From the NCBI GenBank assembly GCA_973895155.1, contig OZ316895.1:17216170-17280169 (forward strand): a stretch of DNA of 64,000 bases, in the 5' to 3' direction. The notes below the pieces were generated by a model, which saw nothing but the letters and a program-made list of their open reading frames with translations, was not told the DNA's origin and ran no database searches. Below are positions 38,571-51,186 of the stretch, piece by piece. The position numbers were made by a program, and so were the translations under genes. Each line of letters starts with the position of its first letter. Within the stretch, counting starts at the first letter, position 1. The DNA comes from Marsupella aquatica (lineage: Eukaryota > Plantae > Marchantiophyta).

Positions 38571-39054
38571 GCAGGAAGGTGAGGCAAGGTAAGGCGATCT
38601 TGGGCACGTCCAGGTGGTGTCTTTTAGCTTTCCAACCCACAAGCAGCAGCAGCAGCAGCAGTACAAAGCTGCCAAACTTGAGCTGGATGACGAGCTTCAG
38701 GAAGCTTCTTCATCTGTGGCATGGCGGTGGTGAATGACATGTAGGATCCAGAGCCTCCCCAAATCCACGCCACAACCGGCATGCTTCCTATGTAGAAATT
38801 GATTGACTGCTGGACGAGTGAATGAACATCACAGTGGCCCAAGTACGACGGAATTTGGCAGCACGAAAAGCACAGCACACCCAAGGAAAGCAAAACAGAG
38901 GAGAGGAGAGGAGAGGAGAGGACGGGAGCAGAGTATAATTACCACCAAATCCCTCAATGGATAATGATAGGCTTATGGCAGGCAGGCAGGCAGGCACTCA
39001 TTCATTCATTCATTCATGTCAACAAGTGCTTGCATTCTACATTTTGGAGGAGAG

Positions 39055-39244
39055 ATGAGTTTCCCGGAAACTGGAGGGATGTGCTTGATCAGACCCCAAA
39101 ATGAAACATGTTAGTTGATACGACCCCTGAGTGATCAAGACCGTTGATTGACCTTGAATCAATGTACCCAAAACTTCAGGGGTCCTATCAAGTAACACAA
39201 TTCATTTTGGGGTCTGATCAAGCAAATCCCTCCCGGAAACTCAT
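39055..39244. mobile_element. ~190-bp hairpin (MITE-like palindrome) upstream of DEG1
   Basis: atgagtttcc..ggagggat.tgcttgatcagaccccaaaatgaa...ttgata.gacccctga pairs with its reverse complement ending ggaaactcat. Confidence 0.75.
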
Positions 39245-41026
39245 ATATTGTTGCCCATTGGGTCCCGCCATTCAATGTTACCATGTTTCCCATTATCACT
39301 TTTGGGTCCCGCCAGTCAATGTTACCCATTAATACTTATGCACATAAGGCGCAGACATGAGAGTGTATGTCTTCATATTTCCGAAAGCTACCTATAGCAC
39401 GTGGATCCACATGAGGGCAGAGTTTGCTCACCATCAGTAGTAGCAGTCTTCGTTGTGGCAAGTGAGATTATGAATTCAAGTTTTTGGTATGTTATCTTCA
39501 CTTCCTTACCCCACCCAATGGAGTGCACCAAAGAAAACTCCAATTTGTTTCCTGGTCATGTATAGTTAGCCAATACGAATTGATTGGGTACTAGAGACAA
39601 TTTTAAACAGGACCCCAGAATGCCATTGGAGATGCTCATACTACTGTAGGTACCCTGCTTGCTTGGATGAAACCCACCACCAAGGAAAAGTAGTTTACCT
39701 GGCGGCACCAAGTAAAAGAACTTTAGGAGATCATGTGGTATTTTAAACTCTATAAACTAATGGGTTGAAGTTTAGATGGAATTTTTTACAGTTTGGCATT
39801 ACCATAGGAGTTTGTGTGGATGGGATTTGCATGTGTACAAACAGTCCTATTTATGTATCCTAAAGCCTATGGGAGTACCAACATAAAACCCATCCCTCAG
39901 GGTCCTTAGAACTTGATTTTTTTTGAATATTTTTGAAACTTTATCAAACAAAAGATGGGCTAGGTTATAAGGTAAATCTGGAAATTCTGGCTCCTAACGA
40001 CAAAACCTTAGGGTGACAGAATGATTTTTTGCACAAACTATAAATAAAATGCACTATTATCCTTAGACATTCAGGGAATGGGACAATGTTTCACGTATTC
40101 CAGTAGGATGACCATTTAAAAAAATTTGTTCCCCTGCAGTTTGGCTAATTCTGGACACAAACAATCCAAACTCCATTTTCTCCCACAACATCTAGAGAGA
40201 TAACCATGCAAAAATCTCCCTCATGTCATCACCAAACCAAACCAAACCAAACCAAACCAAACCAAAAGTTAATTACGAAACTACATCTAGAAGAGATTGT
40301 TACAACCTCAAAAAAATGCCAGATTAAGGAAGCCACGCAGCAAAACGCTTGACATGAAAGCAACACTAGAGTAGCAGGAAGCTGCATTACCAACTCAACA
40401 CAAATGTCTATGATGCAAAAGCAGAATAAGACTTTCAAGAACTGCAAGACAGGTTTATCATACCCGCTGTGCTATAACCCAGCATTGATATCTGCCTTGG
40501 AGGGCCCCAAAAGACTGCTGATCATTGCAAGGCATGCTCTTGAAACAGTCAAGAGCTTAGAGAGTGTGGGAAGAAACTCATGACATGCAATTGCCATCCT
40601 CAGTTACTTGAAACAAAACTGGTGAACAAGAGTGATGGGACAACTTGAGACATGACCTAGTGATGGAGCGGTACATGTTGGAGAAAGTGAACGAAGTTGT
40701 TCATAAGAATATATAATGTTGCACATAGAGGCATGGCTCTGAGCTCACTTGAGTAGCGACTCATAGGTCTTGGGGTTCAAACTCACAGGTCTTGGGGTTC
40801 AATGTTGTGACAGACTAGTCCATTTTTGTGAATTTTCAAAGATTTACTCTTAAACAAAAGAAAAAAGGTATATATCTATAGCTAAAATGTTGCTCCTGTC
40901 GGAAGGAAAGAAGTGTGCAATTATTTTCAGTTCCATCTGACGCCCAAATGTATATTACATTCAAGCGCTGATCAGGTACAGTAGGTACATCCGGGATTGC
41001 CCATCAGGCACTGCATATCCAGGCTC

Positions 41027-41210
41027 TCTTCTGTTGAGAATCGGCACAACCCATCTTCACATCTGTACCACACACAATTACTATGATCATTGGCATTAAC
41101 AGCCCTTTAGATCTGCTCTTTAAGCTGCAGCATGAAGTGAGAATGAAGAGCTTTCTCTATGTAAGATAGTCTTCAGAATCACATTTGATGCTTTGAAATA
41201 TGTTGCTGTT
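41027..41210 (+). repeat. Direct copy of the 3' flank/UTR of Roco paralog 1 (50766-50953)
   Basis: tcttctgttgagaa.cggcacaacccatcttcaca...gtaagatagtcttcagaatcacatttgatgctttga is present at both loci. Confidence 0.92.
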
Positions 41211-41212
41211 CA

Positions 41213-42069
41213 GGCTTAATATCTCCTTCAAGCAGAGAGAGTATATGGACTTTTGCATGCTGACTCCGTTACATCCCGGAGTGAAATCAAGTTCTTCGTG
41301 TATGGGAATCATTTAGTCTGTCCGTGCGTACTTGGCCTGACCTTGAATTTTGAAAACGATTTTATGGTGCAAGGACTTCAATACCGAATGTTTCCGGAAT
41401 CATTTCCAGTAGGACTTTTATCTCCACGGCTTTGGTTAGTTCGAATGTAAATTCTTATGCTGCCAAAGCTGACGTTCTTTTGAGAGCCAGGTTTCGGTGA
41501 AGGGGATTACGAAATGGCTTATGTTGTGAGATAAGAGACGATAGACGAATATAGAGTTGTTAGTGTTGTCTACCTGCACAAATGTGCGTTTATAGGTGTT
41601 TGCCCTTCTTTGTCAGCCTTCGCTTTTGCCATGAATGGAGCTTCAAAGTCCAAGGTTAGAGCTGACTTTGTTTTAAATAGGGTCTGCACACTCGCCAGGG
41701 CCTCGAAGCTCTAAAGTTCTCGCGTGTGGCTTTGTTTCTGGGACTGAGCAAAAGCACTTTCATAGGATTAATTCTGGTTACCATGGGTGGGCAATGATCG
41801 TCAGATCCATTGAAGACAGGTTCCCTGTATTCTAGTGGTCAAAGGTTTTGGTGATTAGATGTCTGTTGAGAGACCCATTATATCAATCAGGTGAATTGGA
41901 CGCTGGAAAGCATAATCTTAACTTTAATCAGCCTCGAGCGTAGGGCTAACTTGACATATGGGCTGGTGGCTCAAAAGTAGCAGCAAGATCTTTGAATGAC
42001 AGTCATGTAAAGAACGTTTATTCTCATTTTCTTTCATGTTATAGCTGGCCGGTCAAAGTAGGCTGAAAG
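41213..42069 (+). repeat. Inverted copy of a TIC20 intron and the start of its last exon (45507-46335)
   Basis: Continuous reverse-complement match, e.g. gattaattctggttaccatgggtgggcaatgatcgtcagatccattgaagacag (~41767) vs ~45730-45783. Confidence 0.95.
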
Positions 42070-42549
42070 GTACAATCCCTACAGACATACCTTCGAAGCT
42101 TGTCTCGAAACAATCTACAGTAAGCAAAGTATTTCAATTACGCGACAGTCGCAAATTTGGCAGCCTTGGAATCATTGGATTTATCGACAAATCAGCTGAA
42201 CGGTACAATCCCTATAGAAATACCCGAGTTCGAATGCCTTACATATTCGAATGTCCCTTCTAATCTGCTCGTAGGACGTATCACTTGTAACAATCCGGTC
42301 AAAGTATTTTGAGCCTAGTCTTTAAGAACAATCGAGGTCAATGTGGTACTCCTCTACTTGCTCCACGCCTATTCCACCAGCCAAGGTGCAGCTTGAAACC
42401 CCAATCGCTCCCCAACCTTTCTCGAATGGAATTCGTTGGCGTCCTGCCAATTCCTGAAATCCTTGTATCAAAGAGCTTTCAGATCCATCTTGGTGAAAAG
42501 TGTGTACGTACAGATCCTCAGGATCAGGGGATTTGATGGAGCACATACT

Positions 42550-43194
42550 TCAGGCCAAGGGAATGCCCTTGCCGCCTTTACTGTCTTGGTAGACAGCAGA
42601 GAGGTCAGCATAGAGGGAGACGATGTCGGCCACCTGGGCCTGGAAATGCTTCCGAGTTCCTAGCTCAAGGTTGGCAATCATCTCCCCAATGTTATGACTC
42701 TTCCAGAACTTATTCTCACGATTATACAGAGGGCGACGATCTTGACGTCCTCCTCCAGCTTCTGCGTGGGTCGATGATGATGATGACACATCAAAAACTT
42801 CTGTGAGGATTCGGATGTCGTGCGGAATTCCGAAGCTGTCACGGCTGTCCTCATGGGAGAATAGGAAGTAGAAGTTGTCGTAACCCGCCCACGTTATGGC
42901 GGAGAGGCAGAGAGAGCACGGCTCGTGTGTGGCGAGGAAGATGCACTCCTTGGGATCGGGCACAGCGCTTGCACCCCGCGCGTAGAGCTCAGTGATCGTG
43001 TTCACTTCGCCGTGCAGGAGCGGATTCTTGGTCTCGTTGTTTGTCTCAGCGATTACCAGCGACAGGTCCGACTTCAGCAACACGGCCGCGCCGAACAGTT
43101 TGTTGCCTTTGGACACCCCCTCTCGAGTTTTCGGTGCAATGTCGAGCTTGATCACACTCAGCAAACGGGAGATGAGATCCTCAGAATTTTCCAT
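42550..43194 (-). CDS. Intronless zinc-dependent nucleoside/nucleobase deaminase (CDA superfamily), microbial-type, 214 aa
   Basis: HGE (LLHGEV) and PCxxC (HEPCSLC) zinc motifs. GNKLFGAAVL..SDLSLV.AETNNE and SHEDSRDSF.IPHD motifs. Open, GC-rich single exon. Confidence 0.88.
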   Translation of the reverse strand: MENSEDLISRLLSVIKLDIAPKTREGVSKGNKLFGAAVLLKSDLSLVIAETNNETKNPLLHGEVNTITELYARGASAVPDPKECIFLATHEPCSLCLSAITWAGYDNFYFLFSHEDSRDSFGIPHDIRILTEVFDVSSSSSTHAEAGGGRQDRRPLYNRENKFWKSHNIGEMIANLELGTRKHFQAQVADIVSLYADLSAVYQDSKGGKGIPLA

Positions 43195-43846
43195 CTCTCT
43201 AAACTCCGATCACTACCTACCCTGAAAAGCTTAGTTCCAAAGCTATTACAGTAGTTTAAAAGCTTACCCGAACCGCAAATTTCAGAAGCTCAGCTGAATG
43301 GCTGAGGTTGAAATACAGGAGGGATCACCATCTACATTTGCACCTTCTTCAAGTCACGAGAATTTCAGACAAAAGTGCGTTGGAATCCGAGCCTTTGGAG
43401 TGGCAGCTACCGCTGGCTTTGAGTCTGCTTTGGCCCTGGCTATGTCTCAGGAAACAGTGGCAAAGGCCAAAAAATTGTGTCAAGACGACTTCAACCGTAT
43501 TGTATGCTCAAGGGTCCACACAGGAGAGGCGGCGGCGCGAAGCTGACTCTCTTCCAGTAAAATCCTAGATCGCCCGTAAAGAGAAAAGCGTTATTCTCGT
43601 CATTAGAAAAGCTTCGACACCCAATGGAGATTTATGACCAAAAGAAGTACTTGGTGAAGTTGGATGCACTATGCGGGGTTAGACTTGCCAATTCTAAGCT
43701 TTTAGTGGAAGGTCAGTCGTGAGCTCCAGTAGAGTTGTTGGCGAAGAAACAATCAACAATACAGTACCAGGCTCGATGCCGTAGCAGAGGATTGTGAGTC
43801 TAATTTTACATCTCACAATCCACAGCTAGAGATTCGGGTTAAAGCC

Positions 43847-43943
43847 AATTGGACAAGTTGAAGACGTCTTGGCCCACCAGAAAGAGATTCCGATTAATTG
43901 AAGCAAATTGGACAAGTTCAAGACGTCTTGGCCCACCAGAAAG
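43847..43943. repeat. 38-bp direct repeat x2
   Basis: aattggacaagtt(g/c)aagacgtcttggcccaccagaaag occurs twice. Confidence 0.85.
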
Positions 43944-44202
43944 CAATAAAAGTACGATCAACACACGCCAGAGGTGGCCACGCATGGAATTCATCTAGGA
44001 GTACTGTAGGTATGACTATTTTTGTCAAGTAGGGCCTATTGAACAGGACAACGATCCCTCAGAAATCTATTCCAGCCATAACCTGGATTCGGGGATCGTG
44101 CTAAATTGCGGAAGATTGCAATAGTTCTCTTGTGCAGATTCTGGATCACTGGGCGATATAAGAACAGTAACCCTGCCATCCTGCCACCCTGGAAGAGAAC
44201 TA

Positions 44203-44577
44203 GTTTGCGAAACAGGGGTTGAAAATTCTCCTCTGCTCCCTGGTATCATGAACCTCATTTCGGATTTGAGAACTGATGATTGCAGTACAACTGCTTTGCG
44301 AAGCAGGGGTCGTTTCTTCTCCTGAGGTTCTGCTGCCTGTATCATCACACCTCGTCTCGGATTTGAGACCTCATGATTTGAACAGCACTGGGTTGCAGAA
44401 CAGGGGTCGTTTTGTCTCCTGTGGTTCCCTCTGCTGCCTAGTATCATCAAACCTCACTTCGGATTTGAGAACTGATAATTGGAATAGAATGGTTTGCAAA
44501 ACAGGGGTCGTTTTATTCTCCTGTGGTTTCCTCTGCTGCCTCGTATCATCAAACTCGTTCGGATTTGAGAACTGATA
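44203..44577. repeat. ~100-bp tandem repeat, ~4 copies, downstream of TIC20
   Basis: tcggatttgagaactgat...caggggtcgttt...gtatcatca units at ~44260, 44357, 44460 and 44559. Confidence 0.85.
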
Positions 44578-44826
44578 TATGTATAAACATGCGACCCGTG
44601 TAATGGTCGGTGGAACACAGCATTTCAGCAAAGTAATTCTGCTTTCACTAGCAAACTAAGCCACCACAAGAATCCAATACTCTGAGAATGAAATACTTTG
44701 AGAACCTTATGTCACAAGTTGGGACTTCTCATCACCCATGAGATATACAAATTGGAACAGGAAGCATTATTCGGAATTAGTTCTAATCTGATACATGGTT
44801 TACAATCTTCTACGCTTCTGTACTAA

Positions 44827-46801
44827 TTACTCATAGGGTATCTGCATGTATGAAGCATCGGACAAGAAAGGCACATCTGCGTACATGCCATTCAAAGCAC
44901 ATCTTATGCAATCTAAGACAATGAAGAAGAAGGCCATGGAAACTGCCAGCCAGTAGTGGGCACCAATCTTTCCCCAGTACACTGACTGGGGGACCCAGTC
45001 GTTGATAGTGCCCATAACTTGCAATATAATTTCCAGAAGCATGCCGGTGACGACATGAAACCGCAGAAAGTGGGGCCATCGGTTGTTTCGTACAATGCCC
45101 AAGTAAGCTCCGAAGAAATAAGCAAGAAGAAACCATCCAGGCAGGGAACCAATGAGGATAAGGAAAGGGTAGGTGCAAAATTCATAGTCTTCCAAAAAGG
45201 CAAAGAGACTATATGCCGTTTCTGCATACATCCATGTCTCACTCAAGGGCATCAGATAAGGAACACAAGCCAGTATCCTCCAAAACCACTTGGGCTTCTC
45301 TGTCATTTGGGGAAACCCTTTGTAGGAAGGGACATCCTCTGCTGCCCTGGGGCAAGTTGGTCTCCTTTCCCTGATTGGAGCAAGAGTTTTTGGAAGAATG
45401 CTAAAAATGCTCCCCGCCTCTCCTTGCATGAAGGTGGAGCACCTTGAGGTGGCATGAGAGAAAGTCCCTGTCCGAAAGCCCACGAGATCGCTTCTTAGAA
45501 ATTTGGCTTTCAGCCTACTTTGTCCGGCTAGCTATAACATGAAAGACAATGAGAACAAACTTTTGAGGACAGCCACCAGCCCATATGTCAAGTTAGCCCT
45601 AGGCTCGAGGCTGTGATAAATTAAAGTTAAGACTATGCTTTCCAGCGTCCAATTCACCTGATTGATATAACGGGTCTCTCAACAGACATCTAATCACCAA
45701 AACCTTTGACCACCAGAATACAGGGAATCTGTCTTCAATGGATCTGACGATCATTGCCCACCCATGGTAACCAGAATTAATCCTGTGAAAGTGCTTTTGC
45801 TCAGTCCCAGAAACAAAGCTATACGCGAGAATTTTAGAGCTTCTAGACCCCTAGCGAGAGTGCAGACCCTATTTCGAAGAAAATCAGCTCTAACCTTGGA
45901 CTTTGCAGCTCCATTCATGACAAAAGCAAAGGCTGACAAAAAAAGGCAAACACCTATAAACGCGCATTTGTGCAGGTAGACAAAACTAATAACTCTATTC
46001 GTCTATCGTCTCTTATCCCACAACATAAGCCATTTCGTTATCCCCTTCCCCGAAACCTGGCTCTCAAAAGAACGTCAGCTTTGGCAGCACAAGAATTTAA
46101 ATCCGAACTAACCAAAGCCGTGGAGATAAAAGTCCTACTGGAAACGATTCCGGAAACATTCGGTGTTGAAGCCCTTGCACCGTAACATCTCTTTCAAAAT
46201 TCAAGGTCAGGCCAAGTACGCACGGACAGACTAAATGATTCCCGTACACGAAGAACTTGATTTCACTCCAGGACGTAACAGATTAAGCACGCAAAAGTCC
46301 ATATACTCTCTCTACTTAAAGAAGATAATAAGCCCTACGCAGTAAACGGTGCGATGTTGGATAATTGTCCGGAACCGATTCCAAGATCCAGAAACCTCAA
46401 ACCAATGCACGAAGATTCCTGAGCTAGTGAGGGCTCTAGAGGAACAATGATACAGTACACACGGCCCAAAACAGGTACCGGGCAGGTAGCAACAAGGATA
46501 TCTTTATGGTGAAAAACCCTAGACTCCAAGAGATGACAACGCCATGCATTCCAGATGAAGCATTACTATCACCCAGACCACAGGCTTCAATTGAATGACC
46601 TCTTCTACTACAGTAATTACGAATACCGAAAATCCAGCCGAAATGGAAAAAAAAGGGCGAACGGCAATGGAGAGTCCTCTTACCTCTCGAAGAACGCTGG
46701 CTATGGCCTCCATTGGAGATCCGCACCTGGGTTGCAGCAGTCTGCCGCGCAGCACCGGATCCGAGAACAGCACCGACGATCGTAGCTGAAACCGCAGCCA
46801 T
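44827..46801 (-). CDS. TIC20: Chloroplast inner-envelope translocon channel TIC20-I-like
   Basis: Last exon (~44827-45530) encodes KPKWFWRILACVPYLMPLSETWMYAETAY...WPHFLRFHVVTGMLLEI...YADVPFLSDASYMQI. First exon MAAVSATIVG... (~46684-46801) is transit-like; a middle exon (~46410-46440) is uncertain. Confidence 0.9.
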
Positions 46802-47903
46802 CTCCAACAACAACAACAGCAACAACAGCTGCAACGAAGTGATCCAGAGTCGCAACCCCTGCGCTGCTCTGTTGTTCTTGGCCGAAAAGCAAAGCCCTAG
46901 CTCAGCTAATTCTCGTGCTCCTACAGTAAGCTCAACCTCAGTCCCAGCAAGCACATTCCGCCGTTTGCGTCTCGTGCAAAATCTCAGCAGAAGAGCATGT
47001 GATGCAAAATGTATCAGAATCTTAGCGGAAGAGCGGTCTCTGGCATCGATGTTTCTGCCCTCTACTGAACCGTCGTCTCTACCGTCTCGTGTCCGACATA
47101 GCTTAGGTGGGCGGTTTTGGGTTTAGAGAATTCGGATCAGGCGTGGTGAGCAGACTGCTCTTGATTCTGACGCGCACGGTGTTTGGGTCCTCTTTGGACC
47201 TCTTTTTCTTTCCTTTCATTGTCCTTTTTTCCTGAATTATAATTTTTGGTGGAAGCTTATATACGGGGATGGGGTATAGTAGCAGATGAGTGGCTGTTGT
47301 GATGGGGCCCAAGATGGCCCAAAATGGCCCAAGAGGTATCTACACTACAACTATAATAGACAATGCTGCATTATTTGTCCTTAGTCCAGTTGTGAAATCC
47401 AGAATAGATAGGAATCAAAAGAATTTTTGTATCCATTTGATTAGCATTTGCTCTCTCTGGCGAGGTCTCCCACACCTGTGCCTTCATTATGGACCCCCCT
47501 GGGTGGACCAGGGGGCAAGAGGCAGGGGCGAGCTCATCGGGACCGAGGGGAGGGCGAGGCATCGTGAGGGCAGGCAAGGCATCGTGAGGGTGGGCGAGGC
47601 ATCGTGAGCATTGATGCCCATATATGTATATCGCGACACTATGGGCTGACCCTCATTGCATCGTGCAATGCACGGGCATAGGGTTCGTTAGTTAGAAATA
47701 CTCTCTTCCCAATACCTTTGGTCTGCAATACTTGGGTCTGCCATATTTTGTCCTCTTGATGGTTGAACTTTGTTGAGTAGTTGTGATGAGAGCCCCCAAA
47801 ATGGCCCAATTAGGTGTTTTTGTCACAAAATATTTAGTTCCAATACTTTGTTTGGTCTGCAATACTTTGGCCTACAATACTTTGGTCTGCCATACTTTGT
47901 CTT

Positions 47904-48235
47904 TGTTGAACTAAGACGTCATTCGCAACGACCATACAACCATGACTCATTCTATGCACACGTAGTCGACACAATCTCTACGTGGTTCACCTCTTCTCCA
48001 AGGCTACGTCCACATGAACACTCAAGCTTTACTTTAAGAGTAGACGAACACACATGCTCTCTCTCTTCTTTCTGTTGCTCTGTTACAATGAGTAAGCACC
48101 ACCCTCCAGCGGCTTACACTAGCCCTGGTATATACAAGGTCACACATGACTAATCTAACCTCAGTTAAGATCCTAACTGTGGTTAGCCTAAGTGCCGTAA
48201 CCTACGAGTCACAAGACTAAGAGCAATCCTTAAGA
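47904..48235 (-). mobile_element. Solo LTR (same subfamily as 11513-11843) with 5-bp TSD GTCTT
   Basis: tgttgaactaagacg...gagcaatccttaaga flanked by gtctt at 47899-47903 and 48236-48240. Confidence 0.93.
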
Positions 48236-48681
48236 GTCTTGTTGTAAGTAAGCCCCACTTATTGATTGATACTCAAACTACCTTTCTAGTAGTATTTTCC
48301 CAGTTTCTTAATGTATTGTCATGTATTACACCATGGAACAAAATGAGATGAGAGAGAGCATTTAATGTTTTGTTCTTTCTAGAGAGTGTTCATTGAGTAC
48401 GTTTTGTTTTTTCATTGGGAAAACCTGTCGACACTTGTAAACTGCATCTTCTAACAGGATTGTTTTTTTATTCTCTGAAAATAGTCATAATGAACTTTAT
48501 GGTCTTGTTTTAATTTTTTGGAAGTAGTCATAGTGACAATTTATGTGGTGGCTCAGGTGAAAACACTATAGGTATTTGAAGGGGATGGATGAAAAGGGAA
48601 CGGGTCATTCAAGGCATCTTTGGTAGACTAAATATGAGTAAAAAAAATTAAGTATATTTCTTCCAATCAAGTGTGCATTCA

Positions 48682-48846
48682 TATAAGATTTGAGTTAGGT
48701 GTGTTTTTAATTAGAGTAGCTACAAAATTAGCATAAGCTAGGTGTGACATTAACTAGAGGTAATGAAGGGCAAAATTACATAAGATTTGGGTTAGGTGTG
48801 TTTTTAATTAAGTTAAGTACAAGATTAACATAAATCAGGTGTGACT
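48682..48846. repeat. ~97-bp tandem duplication
   Basis: ataagatttg(a/g)gttaggtgtgtttttaatta...ggtgtgac occurs twice. Confidence 0.75.
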
Positions 48847-51186
48847 TTTACCAGGCCCGTGATCGAAGAGGGTTTGGTCACAATAGAATGAACTGAAAAT
48901 TAAGAGCAAGTATAAAATATATTCACTCATGTCACCAATGGGAGTGTCTTGTTGGTAATGGATGAGTGTCGTTGGATTTAGGGTTAAACCAAGAAGTCAA
49001 GGTGTCTCCATCTTGACTTAGGATTTTCTAAAGAAAAATTCTAAGATAGATTATTTTTCTAAATTTTGTTCCAAATACCTGTGATAGAGAAATTATCCTT
49101 ATTCATGTAAAGAGAGCATACCAAATCTCCTTCTTTTCTGTTGGGAAAAGTATAAGAACTACACAATAAAGATCATTCATTTAGTTTGTTTGGAAAAACC
49201 ATAACAAATACATGGTGAATAATATTTATTGATGTCATATGAGCATGATACTTGCAATAACATAACTTAAAGTTTGAGTTGAAATATATAAGATTCATTG
49301 GGGATTTGGTGGAAGATTTAAGAAGAAGATTGGTTAAACTTCTAATATATCTAAGTATATAAAGCTCTAAAGCTCTAAACTCTACCTTGACTGGGCAGCT
49401 AAAGTACATGGATGTGATCAATTTCAAATCCCAAAACATCTCCATGTCTTATCCACACTAAATCCCACTTATTTGCCCAATACATACTAGAGTACATAAG
49501 GATTTGATGTTGCTACATGAAAGTGCACAATTCTTGACAACAATAATTACTTTGTCCTTTATTTGCCTTTGCACAAATGAGCTCATTGGAAGGGACTGAA
49601 GGCCCACCACTAAGGTTCATGAGGGAGGACCAAAAATTCCATGTCTACATCATTTTTGAGTTGGTCAGAACTACCAGCTCAGAACTGTGATGTCTAAGGT
49701 TCAAATATTAACTTATAGCTTGAGGGTTTTTGTGCGAGAAAATTGATAACCTTTTTGAGGGTATGAAATCTGAGGGAGCCTAGGTTCCCAACAATTTATT
49801 TTCAGAGGCTGCTTGTATTAATTAGGTTCAACTTCACTCTATTGTAAGTTCCGGGTTGGCCAAACACGCAACCATGTATTATTTTCTGCATAGTCATGGG
49901 CAGTTTGGGTACAGTACCTTCAAGAAGGTAATCCACGAGTGCATCCTCTTTGGCATCCTTTACATTGTCGTGAAGAGGATTATTACAGTGCTTGCTTAGT
50001 GGTCTCGGAGTACTAAAGAGACTAAAGTGCCTGGGGTAAAAAACATTGCTAGAGAGTGACTTGACATGACCGGCGTAGTGATGCAAGCAACAAGTCAGTC
50101 CTTGAGACAGAGGTATTCTTCTTCCATGATGCACCACTCTCGTCAACTCAATTCCAGGTAACTCTTGGTTTTCCGAGAATAATTGGAAAATGACATTGGG
50201 CATATCTCAAACATAGTTTTGATCTAAATGGTAATTCTTTTCTTAAAACAACTACAGTAGCAGTAGCAGTTGTGTAATTTAGTTCAGACTTTGTGGCGGA
50301 CCCCCTGGGTCAAGGGGCCTGGTATATTAGTATTGTCTAGTGAACCATGGATAAGGCAAGATGAAGTTCTTGGGGTTAATTCCGGCCAGAGTAAAAGTTC
50401 GTAACAAGAACCTTATCCCCTACCCTGACCACTACCTGCTCTTACTGCAACACGAAAAACCAGCTTTAAAGGGCCAAGCTTCGCAAGAGGGTCATTCGGT
50501 AGAAGGAAATAGAAGCACGTCCAGCTCAAAATTCCGTTAATCTGATCCACATTCCCACAACCGCATGTGCATTAGACGCCATCGCTGGCTGAGGACCTGC
50601 TGCAATATGAGAGCGCAAAAATCAAGCTCGCCAATACAGCCCAAAAACTTGAAGACGAACAAGATCAGCTCAATCAACCCGAGCACCAGCCCGAAATCAC
50701 ATCACATAGGACCCACACTCTTTTACCACCAACCCAACCCAACCCAACTCCACCCAACCCAGCTTTCTTCTGTTGAGAACCGGCACAACCCATCTTCACA
50801 AGTGTACCACATCCACACAATTACTATGATCGTTGGCATTAACAGCCCCCTAGATCTGCTCTTTAAGCTGCAGCCTGAAGTGAAAATGAAGAGGTTTCTC
50901 TATGTAAGATAGTCTTCAGAATCACATTTGATGCTTTGAGATATGTTGGTGTTGTTGCATTAATTAGATCAGCCATCAGTCGGAATTTACCTTCAAATTA
51001 GGAGTTCAGCATCTCTAGTGTATCAAGCGATTCTTCCCTTTCGGCCCAATTCTTATCGCATGGCTCCACCTTTTTCACACCATACCCGTGACGATCACTG
51101 CTAACGGAGCTGCAGCATCTCTGGGAATCTTCAAAAGTCATGTGGCCATGAGATCTCGGCAACAAGGTGGAGTGAGCTTCAAGGCT

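Noticed and set aside
39626-39638. ttggagatgctc resembling a Tourist/PIF TIR
   Set aside because: No partner TIR was found nearby.
43298-43568. 82-aa ORF divergent from the deaminase
   Set aside because: No recognisable motif; only vague similarity to Roco C-terminal helices.
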